From: Stegostoma tigrinum
Taxonomy: Eukaryota
Length of the DNA stretch: 64,000 bases
Assembly: GCF_030684315.1 (NCBI RefSeq)
Contig: NC_081387.1
Coordinates: 23,058,647-23,122,646, forward strand
Reading direction: 5' to 3'
Shown here: positions 25,585 through 37,900 of the stretch, piece after piece
How the letters are laid out: each line of letters starts with the position of its first letter
How positions within the stretch are numbered: position 1 is the stretch's first letter
Translations under genes and position numbers: made by a program
The notes under the pieces: model-generated
What the model was told of the DNA's origin: nothing
The model's database searches: none
What the model saw: the letters and a program-made list of their open reading frames with translations, nothing else

Positions 25585-26113
25585 GTAAGTTTCAGACTGC
25601 ATGATTTTAATGAGAATAGTTAGAAAAAGACAGACTTTCTGAACAACATAAACAGAGACAGGTCAGGAATATCAGCTCTGAGATTATATGATGAGACATT
25701 TTAACACTTGGTTGAAAGTGCATATGCCTTTTATTTCACTGGAATTATTAATTTAAATGGATTACACCCCATTTAAAATAGCAGATTGCTAAAGCAAGTG
25801 AAGATTTTCACATTTATTCTTTAATGTGATGTGGGAGTCATTGGCAAGGTCAGTATTTATTACTAATCCCTAATTGTCCTTGAACTCTGATTTACTTGTT
25901 AGAACATTTGAGACAGTAGTGTTGAGTCATCCACATTGCTGTTGGTCTGGAGTCACATGTCGGCAGGTCTGGGTAGGGACAGCAGATTTCCTTCCCTAAA
26001 GGACATGAATGATCCAGTTGTGTTTTGACCACAATATGAGTTCAGTGCCATCTTATCCTCCCTTCATCTCCCTTTCATCCAAACTCCCCAGCTGCCCACT
26101 CTTAATTGCTTTT

Positions 26114-26622
26114 AACCGCACTTGGAATACGACGTCCAGTTCTGGTCGCCCTATCATAGGAAAGATGTGGATGCTTTGGAGAGGGCTCAGAGGAGGTTTA
26201 CCAGGATGCTGCCTGGACTGGAGGGCTTATCTTATGAAGAGAGGTTGACTGAGCTCGGACTATCTTCATTGGAGAAAAGGAGGAGGAGAGGGGACCTAAT
26301 TGAGGTATACAAGATAATGAGAGGCATAGATAGAGTTGATAGCCAGAGACTATTTCCCAGGGTAGAAACGGCTAACACGAGGGGCCATAGTTTTAAGCTG
26401 GTTGGAGGAAAGTATAGAGGGGATGTCAGAGGCGGGTTCTTTACACAGAGAGTTGTGAGAGCATGGAATGCGTTGCCAGCAGCAAGGTCATTGGGGACAT
26501 TTAAGAGACTGCTGGACATGCATGTGGTCACAGAAATTTGAGGGTGCATACGTGAGGATCAATGATCGGCACAACATCGTGGGCTGAAGGGCCTGTTCTG
26601 TGCTGTACTGTTCTATGTTCTA
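26114..26622 (+). mobile_element. CR1 LINE 3' end, relatively young
   Basis: ORF 26122..26541: EYDVQFWSPYHRKDVDALERAQRRFTRMLPG...FFTQRVVRAWNALP, tail gttctatgttcta. Confidence 0.92.
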
Positions 26623-27155
26623 ACCTTAGTTCTTTGAAGGTGGCAGGATGTCGGGAGAGAGAGGTGAGTAAAGCACATGAGATGTTGGCTTCATAAACAG
26701 AGGAATTGAGTACAAAAGCAGGGAATGTATGCTAAACCTGCAGAAAACTCAGTCGGTTGGTCACAGCGACGTGAAAACTGTCTTCGTTTCTGGCACCACC
26801 TTTATAAAAGGTGTGGGGGCATCTGAGCGGTGGAAGGAAGATTTTTCAGAATGGTTCTAGGGAAGGGATTGTAGTTACAAGTGGAGCACGGGGATTGATA
26901 TAAAGAGTTATGGAGGGGAACATGATGGTTGAGTGATGGTTAAGGTTTCGAGAGCTTTCTAAACAGGAACAGAACCGGACTCCTGTCCCAGCAAATGGAG
27001 GTGAAGCTTCTGACTTGCAAACGTCAATATCAATCCACCTCTGCTGTCAGCAGCCCTCATTCCAGAGTGTACCCATCTTTTAGAGACCAAAATTCCAGGT
27101 GAATGGGCAGCACTTCCCAAATCAGGAAACCAAAAACAGGAAATATCCTGAATTA

Positions 27156-27381
27156 AGATAATAAAGTGTGAAGCTGGATGAACACAGCAGGCTAAGCAGC
27201 ATCTCAGGATCACAAAAGCTGACGTTTCGGACCTAGACCCTTCATGAGAGAGCTGTGGTGAAGGGTCTAGGCCCGAAACGTCAGCTTTTGTGCTCCTGAG
27301 ATGTTGCTTGGCCTGCTGTGTTCATCGAGCTTCACACTTTATTATCTTGGATTCTCCAGCATCTGCAGTTCCCATTAACAC
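27156..27381. mobile_element. Short fold-back Penelope-derived insertion with perfect 15-bp TSD (AAATATCCTGAATTA)
   Basis: TSD at 27141-27155 and 27382-27396. Inverted arms about 27156-27244 and 27259-27348, same family as the pLTR at 15021-15147. Confidence 0.9.
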
Positions 27382-27884
27382 AAATATCCTGAATTACTCT
27401 TCCTGAACCCAGGCTGAAAATTTAACTCATTGAATCTGTAACGGAATGGAAAGAATGGGCCATATATTTCCACTACTGGGAATGGGAATGAATAAATATA
27501 CAATGCTGTGTCTGTTGGAAGTTTGACACATGCTGTGTATTTGTCCAGGAAGTGTCAGTGTCTGATGAGCTGATTTGTGCTGCCTGGAACCCTCCAATGA
27601 TCTCAGTGTCAGAAACTTGGTTGAGATACACACCACATATTCAGATACATATCTGACAATTGTCGTATTGTTCAACTTCCAGTGTAACTGTTTAGTTAAC
27701 AGTTTAACCCAATACCTCATTGTTCAAAGCAACAGAATACCCCTTGACCTATCTACACCCCCGACACTCCAACTTCCCAATCATGAACTTAGCAAAACAA
27801 GGAATCAAAATGGAGAATGGGTTTGTTGCCTGAAGTTGGTGAACTGTTGTGTTGAGCCCAGAAGGCTGTAAGGTACGTAATTGG

Positions 27885-28305
27885 AAGAGGAGTTGGGACG
27901 TGTAGTTGAGGTTGTACAGGACATTGATGACACCTCTTCTGGAGTAATGTGTGCAGTTCTGGTAATGGGAAGGATGTTATTAACTGAGGAGGGTTCAGAA
28001 AAGATTTACCAGGATGTTGCTGGGAATGGAGGGTTTGAGATTTTAAGTTAGACTAGAAAGACTGGGATTTTTTTCACTGGAGCATGGGAGGTTGAGGGGT
28101 ACCTTATTGAGGTTTATAGAATCATGCAAACTGCCAGAGGAAGTGGTGGATGTGGGCCCAGTTACAACGTTTAAAAGACATTTGGAAGTACATGAAGAGG
28201 AAAAATTTGGAGGGATGTGGGCATGGCGCAGACAAGTTTAGGTTGGGACTATGGTCAGCGTAGACTGGTTGGACCAAAGAGTCTATTTCTGTGCTGTATG
28301 ACTCT
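27885..28305 (+). mobile_element. CR1 LINE 3' fragment with internal deletion
   Basis: gtgtgcagttctgg, agatttaccaggatgttg, cttattgaggtttata. Confidence 0.75.
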
Positions 28306-28903
28306 CCAATTACCCTCTTGCACCCTACTCACTCACCATTATTCTCTCTCAAACACTATCCTACAACCCAGTTTGCATCCAACTTTAAAATAAGAAAAAG
28401 TTAGGGTGTAGACTACCTTCTCAAAATATTTTGAGGGCGTCTGGCCTGGTCTATCACAGCAGCGATGGACCCACCCAGTGTTCCTGATGAAATACAGGAC
28501 CTTTACAATCTGACCTGACAACAGGATCTGATGTTGGAAAAGGGGTCGTCCATCTCTGCTGCTCCCCACTGTCAGTTATCTCCTGAATCCCCGAGCTGAG
28601 CATTTGTTAATGCAGCAGAGAAAGAAAACCCATTAGGAAAAACATGGAAAAGTAAGAATATGCTGATCGTTGCTGACATAGAATGATGGAGGCCTTTAGC
28701 ACAGAAAAAGGCACTTCAGCCCATCAAGCCTGTGCATATCACCCAAATCTTCTAATCGCAGCACTTGGCCTATGGTCTGCATACCTTGTTGGCAGCGATA
28801 TGTATAATATCATCATCAGACAATCTGGCTCATTATGTCAGTGTCTCAATCCTGTAGTTGACATTGCTCTTTTAAGAAATATCTTGAGAATTTTTTGTTT
28901 CAG

Positions 28904-28991
28904 ATGAGATCCTTCAATCACTTCTTGCCCATGATGCAAGGAAGACATTTGAGTATTGTGCTGCTCCTTGGTTTTCACACTGTGCTGTCAG
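28904..28991 (+). CDS. BTN-like signal peptide exon (MRSFNHFLPMMQGRHLSIVLLLGFHTVLS)
   Basis: Acceptor ttttttgtttcag directly before ATG, hydrophobic core LSIVLLLGF, donor G|gtaagc in phase 1 matching the IgV exon. The start could instead be the ATG at 28931 or 28934. Confidence 0.8.
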
Positions 28992-31900
28992 GTAAGCAAA
29001 AGAATTGAACTGCAAATTATTACTGACACTTCAGGAGCAGCATCTCTTTACCAGATTAGCTAATTTAACATGAAGTTATTCACAATTAGTAAAGCGTTAA
29101 ATTAGGGTACTTTTCATGGGGAAACTGACAGATCCCTCACCCTGTGTATTCTTCAGTCTGTTCTTTCTCAAAAATCTCATTTAATGGTGTCATACAATCT
29201 GCTCCAATTGCATTCAGCAGCATCTAATTGCACAACTTGATGGAGAGTAAGTTCCCAGGGAAGGCCATGGATGACGGTGTGCCTACACTAAACATGATTG
29301 TATCCTTTCTCTGATTAGATACCGAGCCTCTGCTGTGTCTTTCTAGTATTTTCTCGTTTCAGATTTCTATCAGTTGTGGGTTTTCTTTCTTCTCATTGTT
29401 TCTGCAGCTCAGGGGGTGAAAAAGCTGAAGAAAAATTACACCTGCCTTTTCTTGTGCTCCGAATTCCCTATTTCTGTCCTCTTTTTTTAATCCCATGAAC
29501 ACAACAAAGGCTGTATCAGCATCATCCAGCTTGAAAATTTCCTTCCCTCTTTATTCCATTCAGATGTTTCTCAAAACTTGCTTCCTTGACCAGGCTTTTG
29601 GGTTTCTGCCCGAATCTTGTTTCATGTGGCTCACTGTCACATCTACATTCTGGTAAGTTTTCTCCTCCAGAAAAAGCAAATTTAACAACAAAAGTTAATT
29701 GTACAGACAATTTCATACAAAACTCACCATGATTTAAATAAGCAAATAATCTGTTCATAGCATTTATTGAGTGAGGAGTGTTGCTGCAGCATTGGGAGAT
29801 CTTTTTAAACATTTTTAAATAGTTTCATGGGATCTCTCACTCCCACTGGAACAGACACACTACACTGTGGATTCAATGTCTGAAGAAAAAGATGTCACTT
29901 CCAACGATATAACACTCTCTCAGAACTCATTGAAGTTTCAGCTCATATTGTGTGCTAAATTATAAAAGTGGAATTCAAATGTCATAAAAAGCCAGCGTTC
30001 CATTGATTTTGTACATTCGTTCCGGACTCAACAATACCTTAATTTCAAATTGTCATCCTTGTTTCAAATGCTTTAAATCCTCCCTGTGTCTGTAATCCCC
30101 TCCAACTTCACAACTAATGTTCCTCCTAATTTGTTTTCAGGTGTAGAGCAATTTTTTAAATTGTGTAGTCATGCATAGTTATAAAGTTAAAGGGACCAAT
30201 TTTTGCTGTTTGGACACTTCGGGTTACTGTGCCAGTTAATGGGGGGAGTCGTGCCCACAACTTTCTGGGAGATCTGCACTAATCTGGTTCTGCTGTGTTT
30301 GATATCCCCAAAATGAATCGCGCCATATTGGTGGCTGTACCTTCAGGCACCCAGGTCCTAATCTGTGTGTTACCCAAGACCATTCTCTTGGCCACCTGCC
30401 CTAATCTGTCACATATGGGTCAGTGTCCAAGTTACATCTCGAACATTCGTGTGAAAGTCCGTGGGACATTCTTGCAGGATGTAATGTTATGAGGTGGAGG
30501 TTGATCCCTCCTCCCCCGAGAACTAAAAACGAAATACACAACAGGAGTACCCCGCCTCATCATCTGTCAAAGCAGTGTGAAAAGTGGTGTCACCTGTCTT
30601 TCAGCAGCTTCTAGTGGTTAAATTAAATAAATCCCTAACACTCACTTTACAATCAACAAGTAACAATTTATTTATCTAACTCTTACCAGTGAACAGATGA
30701 ACTAAACTATTAACAAACGGAATAAACGCCTTCTAACTAGTAACTATTCCTGACGAACAAGATTCTATTGACCTGATGTTCTCATAAAACAAATCCCGCT
30801 CATAGAAAATAAAAATGGAATTTAGCCCCTTGAAATTACAGCGAGGTTACGTGTTTTCTGGAATGTTGTGTGCCTTTTCCGATGATTCTTTAGTGGTGAG
30901 TATTAACTAGTTGTGCCTTTGGTACCTTTATTTTTAGTTAGTGCTTTCTCTAAGACATAGAGAAAACTGTGAGAGCCAACAAGTCTCTCTTGAGAGCTGA
31001 GGACTGTTAACTCTGGCAGATGGCAGTCCTTGTTTTGTACCCTTGAAAACATATCAGTTTTTTACAATTGGATTCGTCCTATGTTGTCAAAGCCGTCAGA
31101 TTTAAATTTAATTGTTTCTGGTACATAAGTGCCTCGTTATTGATTGGCTAAATTCAAAAATGTGTTGCTTTAGTAACAAAACTGCTGTTTGGTCTGCTGC
31201 CTGTATGGCCTTTCAGTACAGATAATTCAATTCAGGCGCTCTCTGTATACTTGCAAACTTTCAAGCTGCCACTCACAGACATCCATTTTTCAAAGAAAAT
31301 GCACATCATTTTTTACAGGGACCACACAATGCTCCCCCCCGCCCCGTAGCATTTTACAAACACGAAATTCTAACTTGCTGCCTCCCAATCCACAAGTGCT
31401 CTGCCCAGCTTCGCAACAATAAGCACATGCTGCTTTTGTTTAAAACCATGAACAAACCTGAAGTGTATATGGAGAGCTTGGTTGCTCAGCAATAAAAGGA
31501 TGAACTGCAGAATTCAGATTTCCAGCATCCACTGTAATTTGCCGTCGTGAAGTAAGAACACTGCTTCATTGTTCAGGGAGCTGCATTTCCTGCTTCTGCC
31601 CTCCTGGTGATCACTTACCATGGTGGAGCCAGAGTAGAATATATTAAGGGGGTCTTGAGTTGGGCTTGTGGAGAATGTGGCCCATCACTGTACACTATGA
31701 TTCATTTCTTCTTGTGATTCATAAATTTGCCATTGAAATTTAGAAGACGAATAATCCTTAACTTTTTTTCCCAAAAACCCTCGATAACCTTTGATGGAGA
31801 ATTTAATTAACATCCCACCATTTTTTCACTCCATCCATCTCAGGTTCCTGGTCAGAATTTCCCTTTTGTCACCCAATCTGTTTCTGGAAACTGTTTAATG

Positions 31901-34900
31901 AACTATTCCGTGTGTAAACAAGGGCACAGTTAAAGTTTCTTTTTAAAATCTTTGTCTCTTTTTTGTATTTTTCAAACAAGTAGTTTTTTTTGGTGGAATT
32001 AGTAAGATAAAAAAGCATTTTTTTGTGTGTCCTTTAAAATATCTTCCTGGAGATTAAATCTGTTCATCTGGCGAGAATTCTGACTTTGCTATTTTGTATT
32101 TTGCCAGAGATATTCCATGTGTTTGTACCAGACTATCCCATCACAGTCTCTGTGGGTGAAGATGTTGTACTGGATTGCCAAGTAGTCCCAGATATATCTC
32201 TGGATACTCTGGAGGTTCGATGGTTTATATCAAATTCAGCTTCACAAGTTCATTTATATACCGGTGGGCAGGACCGACCTGATGTACAAGATAAAGGTTA
32301 TCAAGGGAGGACGGAACTGTTTAAAGATGAGCTTCCTCGTGGAAATGCCTCTCTGAAACTGAAGAAGATAGAAGTGTCAGACGAAGGGATTTACACATGT
32401 TTCATTAAGTCCAAAACACACCATGATCAAGCAGTGATAGCTCTGAAAGTTGCAGGTTGGTCTTTCTCATTGTAAAGTGCAAATGATCACTGAGTATAAT
32501 GTAATATTCAGAATATAACATTTTTAAACCATGAATGGGAAATAATCAACTGCATTCCATTGGAAAATGAAAACAACAAATCATTTTCTGGAATATTCGA
32601 GATGTCAGTAAATAATTCAAACCACTAGCTACAGCTCAAGCTGAAAATGATGGAATGCATATAAAATATATGATTAGGAAGCCAAATGCAATGTTATTCC
32701 TTGCGAAGGAAAATGAACTATAAAAGTAGAGGTGATTTCTGTAATTGTACAACGTTGTTGTTGTGATTGTAATGAAGTCAGGCAGTTTGTGAGTGCCCAG
32801 ATTGGGACTGTTAATCTGGTCCAATCAGGGAGCTCTAACTGACAGATAAAAACAGGAGTGCCAGAGGTTCTGTTCATTCTGGGAGCCACCTCTGAGGTAA
32901 CTAGATCAGTGGCACATACTGTGCAATAGAGAGAGACTTGGTGACAGGGTACCAGCCTCTCTGGAGTTATACCAGCAGGAACGAGAGTAAAACATGTCCC
33001 TGAATAGATTTGCTCGCAGTAGTCATCTTTGAGTTGGGCTAAACATTTTTGGCATCATGTGCTATTTGGGAAGCTGAACCTGTTTGATCCTGCTGTTGAA
33101 GACTGAACCCAGCATGTGCAAAATCAGCAGTTTTTATTTCTTGGTAAATGATACTGTGACAGGTGAAAAGCAGTGAGTAATTCTTCTGACAGTTTGTAGA
33201 CCTGCAGCTTTTTCAGTTATTAGGAGCCTATCTTTCCCTGAGGCTTCAGACACTAAAATTTCTCAAGAGTTGATAGATTTATTTAAGGAATATTATGACC
33301 CCATGTCTCCTGTAACTCTGAGACACTATTGGTGTTATTTGACAGTTTGAGACTAGGAGAAACCGTGATGGGATTTTTGATGAGATTAAGGTGAGACTGG
33401 CAGAGACATATGATTTTGGTTTAGCTGTTAATGATGTCCCGAGAGGCTGTTTGATATGTGGGATTAATGATGTAACCATGCAAAGGTGCTGACTAGCTGA
33501 AGCCCAACTAGACTTCAAACAGGAACTACAACTGGCTTGATCATTTGAAAGTGTGACAAGTGGAGCTTTTGAGTTACAGGATGTTCTGATGGAAGTGGAC
33601 CCTCTCACCAGGCTGTCTGACTTTGGGGAACAGCACTTGAGTGAAGACAATTGCACAGCCTCACTCAGTTCAGGGAGCTGACAGAGGGACTGTCGGTCAG
33701 ACCACAGCAAAATCCAAAACAAAAGTGGGCCTTGGCCAAGCAGTTAAAATCCCGTTCAGGATCCAGGCTGGCAAGCCATTGTAGCTGCTGCCTGGTATAC
33801 AGACACAAGACACCAAAAGAGACCCACGAGGCCTAAATTGAGTGAGAGAGTTTATGGAGAGTGCAGACCCTGAAAAGTCCACCTGCATCTAGTTTGGAAC
33901 AGTTAAATTGCTTTGCAACATCCAATTCCGAACCAATCAAAATAAACGTCTGGTGAAATGGTCACCCAGTTCTCATGGAGGTCCATAGCAGTTCGGTTAT
34001 ATCAGTGTGGCTGTATCAATGATTACAGAACCAAACTTCGATAAAATTCACTCCAGACTTTAACCCTTCACTTGGTGTAAGGCCTCAGCTTGACTGAGAA
34101 CCTATACTGGGGAACCTTCACGGATTAAGCTTGCCCCTTCGGTTCTGGTCTCTTTCGATAAGCATCCGGTTCAGTTAGTTACTACTGATTGCAGTAAAAG
34201 GTACTGGCTCGATGGGGAGAAATTGGTTGAGAAAGATTGACCTTGAAAAGTGCAACATGTTTTGATTAGCAAATGGCTGTGAAGTGAAATCTGAATTAAA
34301 TACTGGAAATTTTTCAGGGAGGTCTGGGGACTGTCAGAGGAGCCAAGGCCACCCTTGCATGTTGACCAGGAAGTAATTCCTTGATTCTGCAAGGCTCTCC
34401 CAGTGCCATATGCCTTACATGTAGAGGCAGAAATCTGTAGGCTGGAAAGTGAAGGTATCACTAAACCAGTACAGTTAGTGGAATGGGCAACAGAGGTTGC
34501 ATTGACTGTGAGGCACCAATGGGTCAGTTCGCTTTTGTGAGGATTTCAAACAAATTAGATTTCCTACAGTGTGGAAACAGGCCCTTCGGCTCAATAAATC
34601 CATACTGCCCCTTGCAGCATCCTACCCAGACCCATCCCCCTCTAACCCACACACCCCTGAACACGACGGGCAATTTAGCATGGCCGATCCACCTAGCCTG
34701 CACATCTTTGGACTGTGGGAGGAAACCCACATAGACACGGGGAGAATGTGCAAAGTCCACACAGACAGTTACCCGAGGCTGGAATCGAACCCGGGTCCCT
34801 GGCGTTGTGAGGCTGCAGTGCTAACCACTGAGACACCGTGCTGCCATAAATGGTAAATCACTCCTCGCAGCTGGATAAATACCCAGCCCGTCATGTCGGG

Positions 34901-37900
34901 GACTTACATGTAGAGCTGCTGGGGTGGTGGTACTTCACATAGCTGGACTTGAGCCATATGTACCTGCAATTCAGGTTAGATGAGGATTCGCAGAAGTCAG
35001 CTACATAAGGTTGGTACCAATATACGACGCTGCCGTTTGAGGTACCATCAGCCTGTGTCATATTTCAGTGGAAAACAGAGAACATTTTACAAAGTCTACT
35101 CCACGTTGCTATTTATCTGGATGATGTGTTAATAACCAGGAAGAGCAGTAAAGAACACTTGGAGAACTTGGACATGGTTCTCAGATGTTTCTCCAGGGCA
35201 GGCGTACATCAGAGAGGGGAAAAATCTGTGTTGCAGATGCGCCCAAGTGATCTACTTGGGAGACAGGGTCGACAAGACTGGGTTATATCCGGTTGGAAGA
35301 TAAAGCAAGGGCGATCAAAGGTGCCCCAACTCCCAGTGTATGTCGGAGCTTTGGTCTTTCCTTGGGTTGGTGAATTATTACGGGAAGTTCAGACATAACC
35401 TGGCCTCCATCTTGTCACCCTTACGTCAGCTCTTGTAGAAGGATCACCTGAGGGAATGGTTGCACAGACAAGCTGTAGCCTTTAGGGAAGTGAAGAAGCA
35501 GTGAAGATTTTGGCTCACTACAATCCCAAGCGAGATCTTGTATTGACATGGAATGCCTTCATACACAGCACTGGGGTCGTGTGGGCCCACCAGTGGCCTG
35601 ATGGATAGTGCCTGCTTCCTGGACCTTGGCAGATGCCGAATGCAATTATGTCCAGATAGAGAAGAGGAGGTTTGGTGATCATTATCAGAGTGAGAAAGTT
35701 CCAACTGATGTAAATTTGTGACAGGAACGGACCACAAACCCCTGCGCAGTCCACCTAAGTAGGACCAGACTGAGTCGCCAATAGCTTCTGGTCAAATTCA
35801 GCAGTGGGCCCTTTTCTCAGTGCATACTATTTCAAATTGCAACACTGTCCAAGAGGCCAAGTGGCAAATCTGGATACTGTGAGCTGTCTCCTACTGGCAA
35901 ATACACCACCAGTGGTGCTGTTACTGGAAGAGTCCATACTGGTTTTGAACTTCCTGGGCACCTTTCTGGCCAACACTGACAACGTGACATTATGGATGCA
36001 AAAGGATTCTGTCTGGGCGAAACTAGAACCAGCCAGTAGTGATGGGGGAAACGAAAGGGCCATCACAACCAGAATCGAAACCTTTCTGTACCTGGCAAGA
36101 CCAAATCACCATAGAAGGCGGTGCATTTTTATGAGGAGCCAGAGTGATTGTCCCGAGTAAAGGTCACCCCCAGATACTGGCTGACCTCCACGAGGGTCAT
36201 CAAGGGGTTTCAAAAAACAAGATGGTTGGCAAGAAGTTATGATTGGTGGCCAGGATTGGATGCAGACAAAGCCGCATTCCTGGGACAATGCCCTCAGTGC
36301 TAACAAGGACAGAAGTTACCACCAGCAGCTTCCCCATGTTTTTGGGAATGGCTGGGTAAATGCTGACTTTGGTTACACATTGATTATGCTGCTCGTTTCA
36401 TGGGCCCCATGCTCCTTGTCATTGTGGATGCCTATTCAAAGTGGTTGACGTGCAGAGAGTTCATTTGTCAAACGTGGGATAACAGATAGAGGTAGAGAAG
36501 CTGTAAGCATCTTTTGCAGTGCATAGACTCCCAGAAGTGTTGGTCACAGACAAAGGGCCATCATTTACCAGCTTGGAATTCAGGTATTTCTGAAAGGCAA
36601 ATGACATTTCACTCCATACCATCCATTGTCCATGGTCTGTCAGAAAGAGAAGCCCAAACTTTGAAGGGCAGCTCAAAGAAGCAACCTACAGTATCATTCG
36701 AGACCAAACTGTTGTGGTTCCTATTTGATGATAGGACTGCCCCTTATGCAACTGCAGGGGTAGCTCTGGTTAAGTTGCTAATGCGAAGAAAACACCACAT
36801 CAGGTTAAATCTGATTTTTCCCAGAGCCTGAGATGGACATGCTGGGTATTGAAGCCTCAATGCCGTTATTGCCTGAAGAACAGAATGAATTTCTTCTGAG
36901 ATGTTCCGGGCACCAGAGGTGGGCTGTTTTCTGTCACGCACTACCTGCGTCCGAGGCAGAGTCCGGGGAAGCAGACCTGGAGGAAAAATGCCCCAGGAGA
37001 AGCTACAAGAAAGAGAACAGGTCTACATCCCTGGACTTAGAGGGGGAGGGATAGAGTGATTGTAACAAGGTCAGCCAGGTGACCCTCATAGAAAGGCTGA
37101 CACTTTGGGCCTAGACCCCTCCAGGCCCGAAACGTCAGCCTTCCTGCTCCTCTGATGCTGCTTGGCCTGCTGTGTTCATCCAGCCCTACACCTTGTTATC
37201 TCAGATTCTGCAGCATCTGCAGTTCCTACTATCTCTGAACCTCACAGAATGAGTTCCCTGAGTGGAGCTGTTAATCTGGCCCAATCAGGATCCCTCATTG
37301 ACAGATCGAAACTGGAGTGTCAGAGGTTCTGCTCACTCTGGGAGCCGACACTGAGGAAGTGCCAAATACTATGCATGTGTAAATGAAGGGTGACTGGTGA
37401 CTGAGTTATTTCAGTTGTGAGACCACATCTGCGTAATGTATACACTTCGGCCCACTGCTGAATTTGACCAGAAGCTATTGGCAACTCAGTCTGGTCCTAC
37501 TTAGGTAGACCATGCAGGGGCTTGTGGTCAGTTACTGTCACAAATTTACATCAGTTGGAACTTTCTCACTCTGATAATGATCACCAAACCTTTCCTAATT
37601 GAGTTAGATGCAGCTCAGAGAAGAGATTATCTTCTGAGGAAAGGGTGGACAAGTTGGACCTGTCAGAGTTTGAACGAGCGGTAGGTGATCCTATTAAATT
37701 AAAAGATCTTGTGGGGACAACAGGGTTGGTCCTGAAACTCTGTTTTCTCTTTATGAGTGGGATTAGAACTGGGGGGCACCACAGAGTGTCATTAGTCTGT
37801 GGAATTATCTTCCTCGGAATGTCATGTAGATAGGTTCAGTGCATATTTGTACACTGAGTTAGTTCTTAATTAATAAAACAGTCAAAATATCAAGGACAGT

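Larger units (their letters stand above)
32759..37413 (+). mobile_element. Full-length decayed Ty3/Gypsy LTR retrotransposon in the IgV-IgC intron
   Basis: 5' LTR 32759-32974 and 3' LTR 37052-37413 (similar, both ending CA). Polypurine tract agagggggaggga before the 3' LTR, 5-bp TSD GTTGT on both sides. RT remnants (atttatctggatgatgtgtta = IYLDDVL) and integrase remnants (VDAYSKW, VTDKGPSFTS). Splits an older CR1 fragment. Confidence 0.92.
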
